From the IMG/VR virus record IMGVR_UViG_3300034019_001883, positions 56,050 to 76,049 of that record: a DNA stretch of 20,000 nt. One strand, given 5' to 3'. The DNA is from an uncultured virus (IMG/VR IMGVR_UViG_3300034019_001883) (lineage: Duplodnaviria; Heunggongvirae; Uroviricota; Caudoviricetes). Position numbers and translations under genes: made by a program. Shown in pieces: positions 1-9,116 of the stretch (position 1 is the first letter of the stretch; every line of letters starts with the position of its first letter). The notes beneath the pieces are model-generated. The model worked only from the letters and a program-made list of their open reading frames with translations, ran no database searches and had not been told where the DNA came from.

Positions 1-414
1 AACCCTAAATCCCTGGCGCTGGAGTACGCCCAGGAGTACAGCAAAAGCGAGCTTAAAAGCTTTCGCAGGGAGATGGAACAAGATATGGCAAGCGAAACCG
101 ACCCGAAAGAACGGCGCGAATATGAGCTAAACATCAAGCTTGCTGACAATGTTTTAGAAAATTACCCGGCAATTGATAAGGAGCTTAGGAAAATCCGGGA
201 TATAGGCGATCGCATGCCTGACGAATTTTTCGACCATGACACCGCTGATGGTGCCAAGCGAAACTTGGCAATGATTCAAACTGCCATGACTCCATCGGCT
301 CGTAACATCGGCAAGATACTCCTTTCCTGGGCAGATGACGATGTTGACGCAGAAAAGGCTGAAGCCGCTGAGAAAGCCTATGACCATTATTGGCAGCAAG
401 CCTCCCAAAGCTAA
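1..414 (+). CDS. Hypothetical acidic protein, 5' partial (frame open from base 1)
   Basis: The frame of ORF 73..414 has no stop upstream to base 1 (NPKSLALEYAQEYSKSELKSFRREM...). No family recognised. Confidence 0.7.
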   Translation, partial: NPKSLALEYAQEYSKSELKSFRREMEQDMASETDPKERREYELNIKLADNVLENYPAIDKELRKIRDIGDRMPDEFFDHDTADGAKRNLAMIQTAMTPSARNIGKILLSWADDDVDAEKAEAAEKAYDHYWQQASQS

Positions 415-477
415 CCACCGCGAACCCCGTTAAAATAGGCAGTAAATTGCGCTCCTTATCTCCTTCGGGTTCTGCCA

Positions 478-1980
478 TTGGCGGAACCCATTTTTATGGC
501 AACCCCTGTTAACCCTGCCTACCAACTAGACGCCTTCCAGGAATTTGAGCGGCACCTACCGCCCACCTGGTTTCGGCAATTGCACCAGCGACAGGGACCG
601 CTTTACCCAGTGGTATGGGCACTCTGTGGCGCGATCGCGGGCGCACGGGAGTCCATCGACTCAGCGCGATCGATGGCGATACCGCAAACCTCAGAAGGCT
701 TTTGGCTATCGCTACACCTATTAGGGCTAGGGCTAACCCGCCGTAGTGCTGAGAGCGACGCTCAAGCCCGCACCCGATACCGCCTTGAATTTAGCCAGTC
801 TCGCAATACCCGCCAAGGACTCCAGCTATCGCTGACCACCTTCAGTGGACTATCCGCCAATGAGCTACGGCTAGAGACAGCCTTTTCAGAAGGGCGCTAC
901 GGTGAATTATCCTTAGTCGTTGATACCACCGACCCGTGGTTTGATATTGATTGGTGGTGGCTAGAGGACCTATTTACTAAGCGCGTTGCCAATGGCATCA
1001 ACTACAAGGCATCTATCACCGCCCAGGGGCTAGAGACAGTCGCCCTGCCGCCCTGGGACTATTACACCCGTTTCCCTACCTCCACGGACCTATTAGCGCC
1101 CTTCTGGCAGCGACCCGCCTTCATTAATGAGCTGCGCATCATTGACAGTGACTTGTTGCTCGAAGAGGTAGTTAGCCTTTCGCTAGGTAGCTATAGCCTA
1201 CCGGCCAGTGCCGATGCCCTGGACCTACCCGCCAGTGCCGATAGCTACGACCTGCCGGTGACCATCACCGCGATCGCGCTCACCCCGACCGCTATCAGCA
1301 ATAGTCCCTTCTCTCGTAATGTGCTGGGCTTCATTTGCCGCACCAATTGGAATAACCATAGCCTGCGGTTAGCGGAGCTATGGCGCAACCTAGCCTATAC
1401 CCAGCAGCCGGGGCAACCCTTTTTCTATGTCGGTGAGGATAACGACTGCTCTTACTTGGTGGTTGATACCATCACCCTACCGACACCTCCCTTTGTGGGC
1501 GATACCGCTGATGACCTATTTGGTTACGGGCCATGGCGATTGGCGCTAGGCAATAGCACCGCGGTAGCAACCACTATCACAAGCCCGATCGCGACTTTAC
1601 CCCTAGCTGGACAATGGTGGACCGATGGCGACGTGGAGGAGCGATCGCCGGTGCCAATCATCGAGGCAGGTGTCCGCTACCTAATGCTGGAATTTCTATT
1701 GCCCAAGACCAGCACCGGGACAACAATCCGACAGTTAGAACTACTCCTGGGCTACGACCAGACCAGCTATGACGTCGTACTGGACTGGAGTTTGCCAAGT
1801 AGTGCAGATGAATGGCTAGTGTCCCTCGAAAACCAATGGTTTCTGACAGCCGGCGAGGACAATGATGCCTTGACGCCTAACCTGCCTAGCCGTAGCAGCA
1901 TCCATTACCGCACTGTCAACTTGACGGTGCCACCTGATGTGAATACAGCCTTTTTATTGTTGCTGGAGTATAGCCCGTGA
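478..1980 (+). CDS. Putative baseplate wedge protein (start may be ATG at 496)
   Basis: N-terminal GLGLTRRSAESDAQARTRYR...NTRQGLQLSL resembles the 'R..GESD..YR.RI...GT..AI..AL' motif of contractile-tail baseplate wedge proteins. It precedes tail-fibre-like genes and overlaps the next ORF by GTGA. Confidence 0.6.
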   Translation: MAEPIFMATPVNPAYQLDAFQEFERHLPPTWFRQLHQRQGPLYPVVWALCGAIAGARESIDSARSMAIPQTSEGFWLSLHLLGLGLTRRSAESDAQARTRYRLEFSQSRNTRQGLQLSLTTFSGLSANELRLETAFSEGRYGELSLVVDTTDPWFDIDWWWLEDLFTKRVANGINYKASITAQGLETVALPPWDYYTRFPTSTDLLAPFWQRPAFINELRIIDSDLLLEEVVSLSLGSYSLPASADALDLPASADSYDLPVTITAIALTPTAISNSPFSRNVLGFICRTNWNNHSLRLAELWRNLAYTQQPGQPFFYVGEDNDCSYLVVDTITLPTPPFVGDTADDLFGYGPWRLALGNSTAVATTITSPIATLPLAGQWWTDGDVEERSPVPIIEAGVRYLMLEFLLPKTSTGTTIRQLELLLGYDQTSYDVVLDWSLPSSADEWLVSLENQWFLTAGEDNDALTPNLPSRSSIHYRTVNLTVPPDVNTAFLLLLEYSP

Positions 1981-4178
1981 GCCTGAATGTTTACCGTCAT
2001 GCCCGGGACTTAGCGATCCTTTGGCTGGGGCAGCAGTCTGATACCGATAGCCGGGTGCCGACCGCCGAGGAATTGGCGGCGACCGAGGATATTATCCGCA
2101 GCCATGTCAGTGCTACCCGGCGATCGCGTCCCAATGGGTTGTTGAACCGTCCCACCTTCACCGGCGGCAGCCAGACGGTAACCCTATCCTCCCTATCGCC
2201 TTGGCTCCATAGCCACCCTGGGTTAGCTACTATCTCATCGACGGCGGTGGAGCTACCACCTTTAACCAGTGGCGCTGTTGTCAACCGCTACGACTACCTT
2301 TACCTGGTGGCCATGGCGGTACAGGTGGGCACCGCCCAAGATGCTAACGTAGCGCTTACGTTTCAATGGCGCAGCGGCAACCTATTGCAATCAGTCACCC
2401 GTGAAAATACGGCACGACTGCGTTCTGTCTATGGCATTTGGGTATCCCAGGGGGAGATGAGTGCAGCCGCGATCGCAACGGCGATCGGCAACAGCATTGC
2501 TGTCTCCACCTCAGCACCGCTTATCTATGGCAACAGTCGCCTTTACCTGAGTGATACCGCCCTGGCTGATGGCGTCACCTACGCTATCAATGGCACGCCG
2601 GAGGTAATTAGCCTATTGCGAGCATGGCGGGTACAGGGCAATACCATTGACGGATGGCAATGGGGGCCAACGGAGCAACCGCTGGAGGCCGCCATTCACT
2701 TGCAGCCAACCTATCGCTATGTAGGCGACGGGTGGGACAATTGGCGCGATCGCTTGCAAGAAAGCGTCTATCGACTAATGCGCGGCGAACCCTTGCAGAA
2801 CGCACCAACCCAGGCAAGAGGTGTTTATAACTTGCTCAACGGGCAAGTGGGCAGCAATACGGCAGCGCCAGGGGTGGCAACCACCTCCCCCAATGGCTCG
2901 ACGATGCTGGCCAATGAGCAGCGCATTACCTTCACCAATGAGGCGATCATTCAGACCACCTACGCGATCGCGCTAACCACGACCAGTGATGGCAGCAGCC
3001 CAGCTAAGGCACAGGCGACCATTAACTTTGCTGGCAATTCACCCACCGGGGCCACCTTTGCCAGTAGCGGCCATGCCATCTTTGATGGCACCGGCGCTAA
3101 TATCAGCGCCAATGGTAGCTTTACCGGCGGTGGTGGCACCGCCGCCCTAACCTGGACGGCAACGACAGCCGGAGCGCCTGCAGTTGGCACGACGCTTTAC
3201 TTGGTTCCCGCCATCTCCTACCCAGCAGGTTCAGGGTTACCCGTCTGTGGAGCAATTGAAAAAGTCTACCTAAATGGCACCGCCCTGAGCCCTGCCAACG
3301 TGCGGGAGTCAGACATTACGGGCTATGCCAACCCGGCGGCGGCGGAGACTTACATTGTGGTGATGAACCGCAACAATGCAGCCGTTCAGTGGATTTACCG
3401 CAAATTTACAGTTACCTCCAGCGGCTCCGGCATCGTCACCCTACCCAGTGGCGCCCGGGGCGCGATCGCCTGGATTAGTGGCACCAATGCCCCCACGACG
3501 CGCCAGGATGCGCCGGTCATCACCGGGCTAGCCAATAGCAGCGAGTATTCTATCCTGTGCTACCATGCACCGCCCGCTAGTGAGCAATGGCAATTTCAGC
3601 TATTGTCTCCCGCCTATGCTGGCACCTTAGATCGGGCTTGGCTGAATGGCGCACGGGTGACGACGGCCCCCATGGCGATCGCTCACTCGCTTGGCGGCGG
3701 CACTACCTTTAACCCCCCTAGCCGTCCATTGCCGGATGGTGATGTAGCGGGCCATTGTGTCGCTTGGCGGTTGCCGCGCAATGGTGAAGCGTTAGCGGTG
3801 GCTGACCATACCCTTAATGCTGAAATCAACCTAGGTGGGTTATTTAGCCGTAATGCGCCCTTTGTTGTTTTCCCCGTCTCTACGCCAGAGGCAGGTTTAG
3901 CTGGGCTACGGCCCGGGCAGGTGGTAAGCGTCACCAACCTGGTTGCCACCTACCCGCGATCGGTGGCGGCAACGCTAACTGCCAGAGGCACTGCGATCGG
4001 GGTATTTAAGCCAACCCTTAGCAATAGCAAGGCGTACCAATTGGTGATCTTTTGCGGGTTAGAAAAGGACGGCGACCATCGGTTTTTGGTGCTTACCTTC
4101 AACGGTAGCGGCAACAGCCTAGCGGCAAGCACCGATAGCACTGGCTATGCCGGGATTGATGTTTTTAGGTATTACTAA
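1977..4178 (+). CDS. Phage tail/baseplate structural protein (733 aa, T/G/A/S-rich, probably beta-rich)
   Basis: Long ORF coupled to both neighbours (GTGA, TAATG). Composition and position fit a virion structural protein. Confidence 0.6.
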   Translation: MSLNVYRHARDLAILWLGQQSDTDSRVPTAEELAATEDIIRSHVSATRRSRPNGLLNRPTFTGGSQTVTLSSLSPWLHSHPGLATISSTAVELPPLTSGAVVNRYDYLYLVAMAVQVGTAQDANVALTFQWRSGNLLQSVTRENTARLRSVYGIWVSQGEMSAAAIATAIGNSIAVSTSAPLIYGNSRLYLSDTALADGVTYAINGTPEVISLLRAWRVQGNTIDGWQWGPTEQPLEAAIHLQPTYRYVGDGWDNWRDRLQESVYRLMRGEPLQNAPTQARGVYNLLNGQVGSNTAAPGVATTSPNGSTMLANEQRITFTNEAIIQTTYAIALTTTSDGSSPAKAQATINFAGNSPTGATFASSGHAIFDGTGANISANGSFTGGGGTAALTWTATTAGAPAVGTTLYLVPAISYPAGSGLPVCGAIEKVYLNGTALSPANVRESDITGYANPAAAETYIVVMNRNNAAVQWIYRKFTVTSSGSGIVTLPSGARGAIAWISGTNAPTTRQDAPVITGLANSSEYSILCYHAPPASEQWQFQLLSPAYAGTLDRAWLNGARVTTAPMAIAHSLGGGTTFNPPSRPLPDGDVAGHCVAWRLPRNGEALAVADHTLNAEINLGGLFSRNAPFVVFPVSTPEAGLAGLRPGQVVSVTNLVATYPRSVAATLTARGTAIGVFKPTLSNSKAYQLVIFCGLEKDGDHRFLVLTFNGSGNSLAASTDSTGYAGIDVFRYY

Positions 4179-4558
4179 TGGCCACATACACTGTCGAAAA
4201 TGGTTACAAAAAGCTGGTCCTAGACGACGCGTCCAAGGTGGATGTTGTCGCTCCCTTGTCGCTCGACGAAGGACAATTTGTCCGACTTATCCCGGCTCAG
4301 CTAACAGTCCTCAACAATATCAAGACCGGCGTTGATACCCTCAACGCGGCAACCGGTGCCAACGATGCTCAGCTTGTCCTTAATGCTGAAGACCTGGCGA
4401 TCGCCTACACCTACAACGACCCTGGCACCGCCAACCAACGCATTGCCACCGTCGTCTATACCAGCACCAGTGCGGGGCATACGGTGACTGACACCTACGC
4501 CTATGCCGGTAGTGCCCCCAACTATTACCTGACCTCTATCACCCGAGTAACCACCTAA
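4178..4558 (+). CDS. Small putative virion/tail protein
   Basis: Coupled to the upstream gene by TAATG. T/Y-rich beta-type C-terminus (YTYNDPGTANQRIATVVY...YYLTSITRV). Confidence 0.6.
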   Translation: MATYTVENGYKKLVLDDASKVDVVAPLSLDEGQFVRLIPAQLTVLNNIKTGVDTLNAATGANDAQLVLNAEDLAIAYTYNDPGTANQRIATVVYTSTSAGHTVTDTYAYAGSAPNYYLTSITRVTT

Positions 4559-4560
4559 CC

Positions 4561-5844
4561 ATGGCTTTTAACTTTGGGGATATTCCCCTAATCCTGCAAG
4601 AACTACGGCGTTATTTCGCTAGCAAAGCCCAGGGGACACTGGCCGATAGTGCTCTCCAACCCGGCGCGATCGGCTCCACCGTCCAAGCCTATGACGCGGA
4701 CCTCGCCGCCGTTGCCGCTATCACCACCACCGGGGGCATTAAGCGTACTGGCGCTAATACCTGGACTACATTCCCCCTCACCAATGCCGGGGAGGCGGTG
4801 ACAGGGGCCGCTGATGCCGCCGCCCAACGGACCGCACTGGGGTTAACTATTGGCTCTAATGTTCAAGCCTGGGATGCGGACCTGGATGCGATCGCCGCCA
4901 TCTCGACCACCGGACCTATCGAACGGACTGGGGCAGGTACTTGGGCGGTCAGCGATCGGGTGAGGTTGTTTGGCGGCAATGGACGGGGGACCAATACAGA
5001 CTTTAGTACTACTGGTAATACAACCCTTGCCGAAGGGTTGTATTATTTCCGCAATTTCACCGTCAATACTGGCCACACCGTCACTATCAACGGGTTTGCT
5101 CGCATCTATTGCAGTGGCACCTTTACGGTACAGTCGGGGGCAACCATTACAGTTGGTATTGCCACAAGGAACACAAGCTCAGCGCCTGGATACAGCGGCG
5201 CGGACCTCAGATATTTTGGCGGGGAAGGAACATGGGGACCATCTTTTGCTTACAGCCCCCACTTATTCCCTGCTGGCGGAGCAGGCGGATCTGGGTTCAG
5301 CCGAGTTGTTAACGGCACAATCAATAATATTGCCTTAGGAGGAAATGGCGGAGGTTCAATATGGATAGAAGCCAATGACGCAATCTCCGTCAACGGAACT
5401 ATTACCGCAATAGGAGGCAATGGTACCGCAATCAGTTCTGGCAGTGGAGGGTATCTTTCCGGTGGCGGTGGTGGTGGCAGTGGTGGCGCTATTATGCTAA
5501 CCAGCCTTGCTAGTATCACTATCGCCTCAGCCGCTACGTTATCGGTCAGAGGCGGCGATGGCGGAAACGGGGTTTTGAACATAGGAAATTCCAGGGGCTA
5601 TGGCGGTAGCGGTGGGGGTGGCGGATGGGTATGGCTAACCGCGCCTACCGTAACAACGACTGGCTCAACCATCACCCTGTCTGGCGGCAGCGCCGGCGTA
5701 ACTGCTAGCAACGGAACGGTAGGCGCAACTGAAGGTAGCGGCTATGGCGGATCGTTTGGAGGCTTAGGTGGATACACTGCCAGCGACGGAGCCAGTGGTC
5801 AGTCCGGCATCTTGGTCACTCGAACCTATAAGGCGGTAGCATAA
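4561..5844 (+). CDS. Tail fibre / receptor-binding protein with glycine-rich C-terminal domain
   Basis: Two copies of a fibre-shaft repeat (IGSTVQAYDADLAAVAAITTTGGIKRTGANTW and IGSNVQAWDADLDAIAAISTTGPIERTGAGTW), then a GGxGGxGG-rich domain. Followed by a chaperone-like gene. Confidence 0.75.
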   Translation: MAFNFGDIPLILQELRRYFASKAQGTLADSALQPGAIGSTVQAYDADLAAVAAITTTGGIKRTGANTWTTFPLTNAGEAVTGAADAAAQRTALGLTIGSNVQAWDADLDAIAAISTTGPIERTGAGTWAVSDRVRLFGGNGRGTNTDFSTTGNTTLAEGLYYFRNFTVNTGHTVTINGFARIYCSGTFTVQSGATITVGIATRNTSSAPGYSGADLRYFGGEGTWGPSFAYSPHLFPAGGAGGSGFSRVVNGTINNIALGGNGGGSIWIEANDAISVNGTITAIGGNGTAISSGSGGYLSGGGGGGSGGAIMLTSLASITIASAATLSVRGGDGGNGVLNIGNSRGYGGSGGGGGWVWLTAPTVTTTGSTITLSGGSAGVTASNGTVGATEGSGYGGSFGGLGGYTASDGASGQSGILVTRTYKAVA

Positions 5845-6350
5845 TGTTTTTCTTCGTTGACCAAGACAATCAAATTGTTGGTTATTGCAATGACGAAAGC
5901 GTCGGCACTCCGACTGGCTTTTCCTTGGTCGAAGGGCCAGACGCTAGCCGCGACGACCTCTATTACGACGGCACCGCCATTCAGCTAAAGCCCGATCGCC
6001 CCAGCGATACCGCCTATTGGGACAACACCACCAACACCTGGCAGGAGCCACCCCCGCCTCCACCCGCGCCAGTGCTGCCCAACTGGGGCAACCTCGCCGA
6101 TCGCTTGGTGGCTGACATCGACATCCTCGCCATCTTGGCCACTAACCCGTTATTCCCTGCCTTGGTGGGCCGCCTGCAAACCCTGCGCAATGGTGGCGCC
6201 ATGGGTGACCCGGAACCTTTGATAGCGCTCTGGAACCACCAGTCCTATAGCTTCACTGAGGCACAGCTAGATACCCTCAGCGCCATGGCCGAGGATGAGC
6301 ATATCCCGCTAGCGATCACAGCGGAGGGGATGTTAGCAGCTACGTCTTGA
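5844..6350 (+). CDS. Putative tail fibre assembly/chaperone protein
   Basis: Directly after the fibre gene (TAATG coupling). The 'YYDGTAIQLKPDRPSDTAYWDNTTNTWQEP' segment is typical of tail fibre assembly proteins. Confidence 0.6.
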   Translation: MFFFVDQDNQIVGYCNDESVGTPTGFSLVEGPDASRDDLYYDGTAIQLKPDRPSDTAYWDNTTNTWQEPPPPPPAPVLPNWGNLADRLVADIDILAILATNPLFPALVGRLQTLRNGGAMGDPEPLIALWNHQSYSFTEAQLDTLSAMAEDEHIPLAITAEGMLAATS

Positions 6351-6534
6351 AGTAGCGCCAGGTGCCGATCGCACCCCCCGCGATCGCGGCAAGGCCAGCG
6401 GCAAGCATGATTACATCCCCAGCGCGAATTTGCGCCAACATTACTAAAAAGACCCCATAGCCTAGGCTGTGGGGTCTTTGCTTTGACCATTCAAAAGCCG
6501 CCTGGATGGCGGCCAACACCCGCATTAAAGTCAT
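6340..6534 (-). CDS. Small membrane protein (about 2 hydrophobic segments)
   Basis: ATGA overlap with the 6531..7106 ORF. Hydrophobic stretches LGYGVFLVMLA and VIMLAAGLAAIAGGAIGTW. Confidence 0.6.
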   Translation of the reverse strand: MTLMRVLAAIQAAFEWSKQRPHSLGYGVFLVMLAQIRAGDVIMLAAGLAAIAGGAIGTWRYFKT

Positions 6535-7106
6535 TGAGCAAGCGACCTAGGAGAACTGCCTGTCATACTAGCATTATTGCTACTGGCTAGCAGGCGACCG
6601 TAGAAATGGGTGCCGTGGAAGAAGGCTTCTGGCCCCACCACGTTCAGCCAGACTGGAAAGGCGCTAATCGCCCAAAGCGATGGCACGCCAAAAGCAAGCA
6701 TCGACGTCCTCAGGTTGTACGAGTACGCCCAGAAGCCGCCATAACCCAGGGCCAGTACCACCGCTATAGTAACCACGGTCCTCAAGGACCGGCTGACCAC
6801 GTTGTCCGAGCTGAGCCGCTTGATTTCGCCATAGGCCAGCGGTAGCCCCTGGGGGTGGAAGGCAATGCCACTGATCACCAAGCACAGCAAGTCAGTCGCG
6901 ATCGCACTACCGTAGCGAGCGATCATCCCCTCCATGCCCGCCCGGGCGGCCACTGGGGTAAAGTCTACCGTCGCCGCCGCCTTGGCGACTGCACCAATCC
7001 CCACTGCCGAATAGTGGATATTGGTGGCCATCAACAGGGCAGCGATCGCCAGGGCGCCGTAGTTCAGGCTACGGCTAATCATTGGGTTGCGGCCTATCGC
7101 GGTCAT
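6531..7106 (-). CDS. Polytopic membrane protein of unknown function
   Basis: About 4 hydrophobic segments by eye. ATGA coupling at both ends. Confidence 0.75.
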   Translation of the reverse strand: MTAIGRNPMISRSLNYGALAIAALLMATNIHYSAVGIGAVAKAAATVDFTPVAARAGMEGMIARYGSAIATDLLCLVISGIAFHPQGLPLAYGEIKRLSSDNVVSRSLRTVVTIAVVLALGYGGFWAYSYNLRTSMLAFGVPSLWAISAFPVWLNVVGPEAFFHGTHFYGRLLASSNNASMTGSSPRSLAQ

Positions 7107-7750
7107 GATTTTACGTCCTTTATCAACGAAATAATCCGGTTATACTTTTCAGTCCCTTTGGACTGACCAAACACCACAGTGACGATCTTGTTTTGACTAA
7201 CCCCTGCTGTTATCGCCCGCTCCACCCAAACAGACGCATTAACCAACGCCTTGCGATCGCGATAATTAGTAACCTGAGCAGGCGGTAAATGCACTGGAAA
7301 AAAGCATTTGTTTTGCTCCAACCATTCGTTAGGCGGTAGTGTTTCCACCTCACTACAACCGGTTGCTCCACCGGTTGTACAACCAGTTGCTACAACCGGT
7401 TGTAATGCTGGTTGCACCAAGGTTTCAGGGGCATGTGAGGGGGTAGGCTCAGGGGCGGTTGCAGGTGAGTCTATGCCTACCCAGGGGTAACGCTCGATCG
7501 CTTCTATTTCTTCTTTTGAATACTTACGATCTAACTCATCCCAAAATTGCTTAGACGCCGTTGCCCGCACTGGCGGCTTCTCCACTTCAACCCTAGCAGT
7601 AGCCATGGCTGGACTTGCTAGCCAGGGTGAACCCTCCCCGCCTGTTCTCGCCACCAATTCCAGCTGCTCCCGCTCGTTGTCCCATTGCGCAAGCTTAGCG
7701 GCGCCAACACCTAGAGCAAGGAAGAAAAAGAAAGCGATCGCGTTACCCAT
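7103..7750 (-). CDS. N-terminally membrane-anchored protein with putative C-terminal HTH
   Basis: GGAGG RBS before ATG 7750. N-terminal TM (AIAFFFFLALGVGAA), P/A/T-rich linker, and C-terminal 'AITAGVSQNKIVTVVFGQSKGTEKYNRI' resembling a helix-turn-helix. Confidence 0.7.
   Translation of the reverse strand: MGNAIAFFFFLALGVGAAKLAQWDNEREQLELVARTGGEGSPWLASPAMATARVEVEKPPVRATASKQFWDELDRKYSKEEIEAIERYPWVGIDSPATAPEPTPSHAPETLVQPALQPVVATGCTTGGATGCSEVETLPPNEWLEQNKCFFPVHLPPAQVTNYRDRKALVNASVWVERAITAGVSQNKIVTVVFGQSKGTEKYNRIISLIKDVKS
7355..7415. repeat. Tandem array of five 12-bp near-palindromes (consensus ACAACCGGTTGY)
   Basis: ACAACCGGTTGC (7355), TCCACCGGTTGT (7367), ACAACCAGTTGC (7379), ACAACCGGTTGT (7392), AATGCTGGTTGC (7404). 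Confidence 0.85.
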
Positions 7751-7766
7751 ATGCACCCTCCAACCC

Positions 7767-8321
7767 TTAACTACCGGCAATCACCGCCACCAACACACCG
7801 AAAAACAATCCGGCAATAATCATTACCCCGCCGCCCTCGCCTGCCGTCTGGCTGACGGTGATATTAGGGTTTGACTCAACGTAGATATGCTGTGGCTGTT
7901 GGGGCTGCTGCTGTTGGGCCATCATGGCCGCCAACAACGCATCAGAACGCTGTTGCTGTTGAGCCATTAACGCCATCATCTCAGAGACACCTGTAGGTGC
8001 CTCCTGAGGGCGTTGGGCGGCCTGGACGATAGCTAGGACATCAGCGGCGGTTAAGCCGCCTTCCTGGGCCGCAGAAGCGCCGGGAGTGCCGTGGTAATGG
8101 TTGTGGGTTTCATTGTGAACATTAACCACCATGACTGGCAGCCCTGCCTCTTTGCACAGCCGCACAAAGTCAGGGGGATCGTGAGTGATCGCATCCTGCA
8201 GGGTAGCCAAGTTATCAGGGCGACGCTGCACGGGCGGCAATGCCTCCCACGCATGGCGCGCGATCGCCGCCTTTTGTCGTGGGTCAGCAAGCGCGATCGC
8301 TCTCACATCAACGGTTTCCAT
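7767..8321 (-). CDS. Q-rich protein with C-terminal membrane anchor
   Basis: AGGAGG RBS before ATG 8321 (METVDV...). Poly-Q tracts and C-terminal TM VMIIAGLFFGVLVAVIA. Confidence 0.75.
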   Translation of the reverse strand: METVDVRAIALADPRQKAAIARHAWEALPPVQRRPDNLATLQDAITHDPPDFVRLCKEAGLPVMVVNVHNETHNHYHGTPGASAAQEGGLTAADVLAIVQAAQRPQEAPTGVSEMMALMAQQQQRSDALLAAMMAQQQQPQQPQHIYVESNPNITVSQTAGEGGGVMIIAGLFFGVLVAVIAGS

Positions 8322-8628
8322 TCTTCGCCTCCTTCTGCTTGGTGCGAGACATGGCGACAAGTGCCGCCACCGTGAGCCCAGCGCCAGCGGCCAAAATGCC
8401 AGGATCTAACACCGGCCCTGCCATTGGCGTATCAACCGCTGTAGCGCCCTGGGGAATACCTAGCACCTCCGCCTGGCGAGGTTCTTGCCCAGCGCAGTAG
8501 GTAACACCATCTACCTGCACGTGGCTATCGCACTCGCGTAATTTTCGTTGCTCAATGTCTATTGCGGACAGGCACTCACTGGTCGTGCCGTCCTCGTATT
8601 CAAACTGTGTACACTGGCTGGCTTCCAT
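8308..8628 (-). CDS. Small Cys-containing protein with C-terminal membrane anchor
   Basis: Four Cys in an acidic N-terminal part, then TM GILAAGAGLTVAALVAM followed by a basic tail. Overlaps the start of the next gene. Confidence 0.65.
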   Translation of the reverse strand: MEASQCTQFEYEDGTTSECLSAIDIEQRKLRECDSHVQVDGVTYCAGQEPRQAEVLGIPQGATAVDTPMAGPVLDPGILAAGAGLTVAALVAMSRTKQKEAKNGNR

Positions 8629-8657
8629 GGTTTTCGGTCTTTTGAGTGGTGGTTAGG

Positions 8658-8695
8658 AAAGGCGATCGCATAACGGAGGTGCTACGCGATCGCCT
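8658..8695 (-). terminator. Hairpin formed by two HIP1 sites (terminator/attenuator-like)
   Basis: Minus strand reads AGGCGATCGC-gtagcacctccgttat-GCGATCGCCTTT, in an intergenic gap. The U-tail is short. Confidence 0.5.
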
Positions 8696-8702
8696 GGAGC
8701 AG

Positions 8703-9116
8703 TCATTCAGCCTTGCAATCCACCGATGAGGCGGAGGAAGGGCTCAAAGTTGCCTTGCTTGGCTGCCAAGACAACGCGGGCAGTGGTTCTAGGTCCAGGG
8801 CCACTGCCGCCGTGGACTTTGGGAGCGCTTCCAATTGCTCCTGAAGCAACTGCGCTGTGCGCCCCCACATCAGCTGTCCACTCATCGCGGCGGCCAGGAA
8901 GCCAGCATTTTGCTGGGCCACTCGGTCAATAGCCGCGATCGCGGCCTCCTGGATGCCTGCAGCATGGTCCCGCTGTTCTTTTAGCGCTAGCTGGAGAGGG
9001 TGAGAAACAGAAAGGCTGCTTGCCTCATTGGGTACACCCGGACCCGACTGGGTACAGTTGGGTACAGTCGCCCCCGGATTGCGGGGTTGGTTGAGCTTGT
9101 CGGTATTTAGAGCCAT
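8703..9116 (-). CDS. Hypothetical helical protein
   Basis: AGGAG RBS before ATG 9116 (MALNTD...). A/Q-rich helical core. Confidence 0.65.
   Translation of the reverse strand: MALNTDKLNQPRNPGATVPNCTQSGPGVPNEASSLSVSHPLQLALKEQRDHAAGIQEAAIAAIDRVAQQNAGFLAAAMSGQLMWGRTAQLLQEQLEALPKSTAAVALDLEPLPALSWQPSKATLSPSSASSVDCKAE

Noticed and set aside
4669..4950. Duplicated segment in the tail-fibre gene as a possible DGR template/variable repeat or inversion cassette
   Set aside because: It is an in-frame shaft repeat with differences not restricted to adenines. There is no reverse transcriptase or inverted alternative tip in the window.
1997..5582. Many antisense or alternate-frame ORFs within the tail genes (e.g. 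1997..2284, 3683..3949, 4970..5338, 5250..5582)
   Set aside because: They are fully nested in long coupled structural genes, have no RBS or recognisable motif, and are expected shadow ORFs in GC-rich DNA.
6340..7106. Calling the membrane ORFs a holin/lysis cassette
   Set aside because: They are on the strand opposite the late genes, with no endolysin or lipobox spanin visible. They are coupled to an HTH-led operon instead.
7355..7415. Possible mini-CRISPR array
   Set aside because: Units are 12 bp, adjacent, with no spacers, and no cas genes are present.
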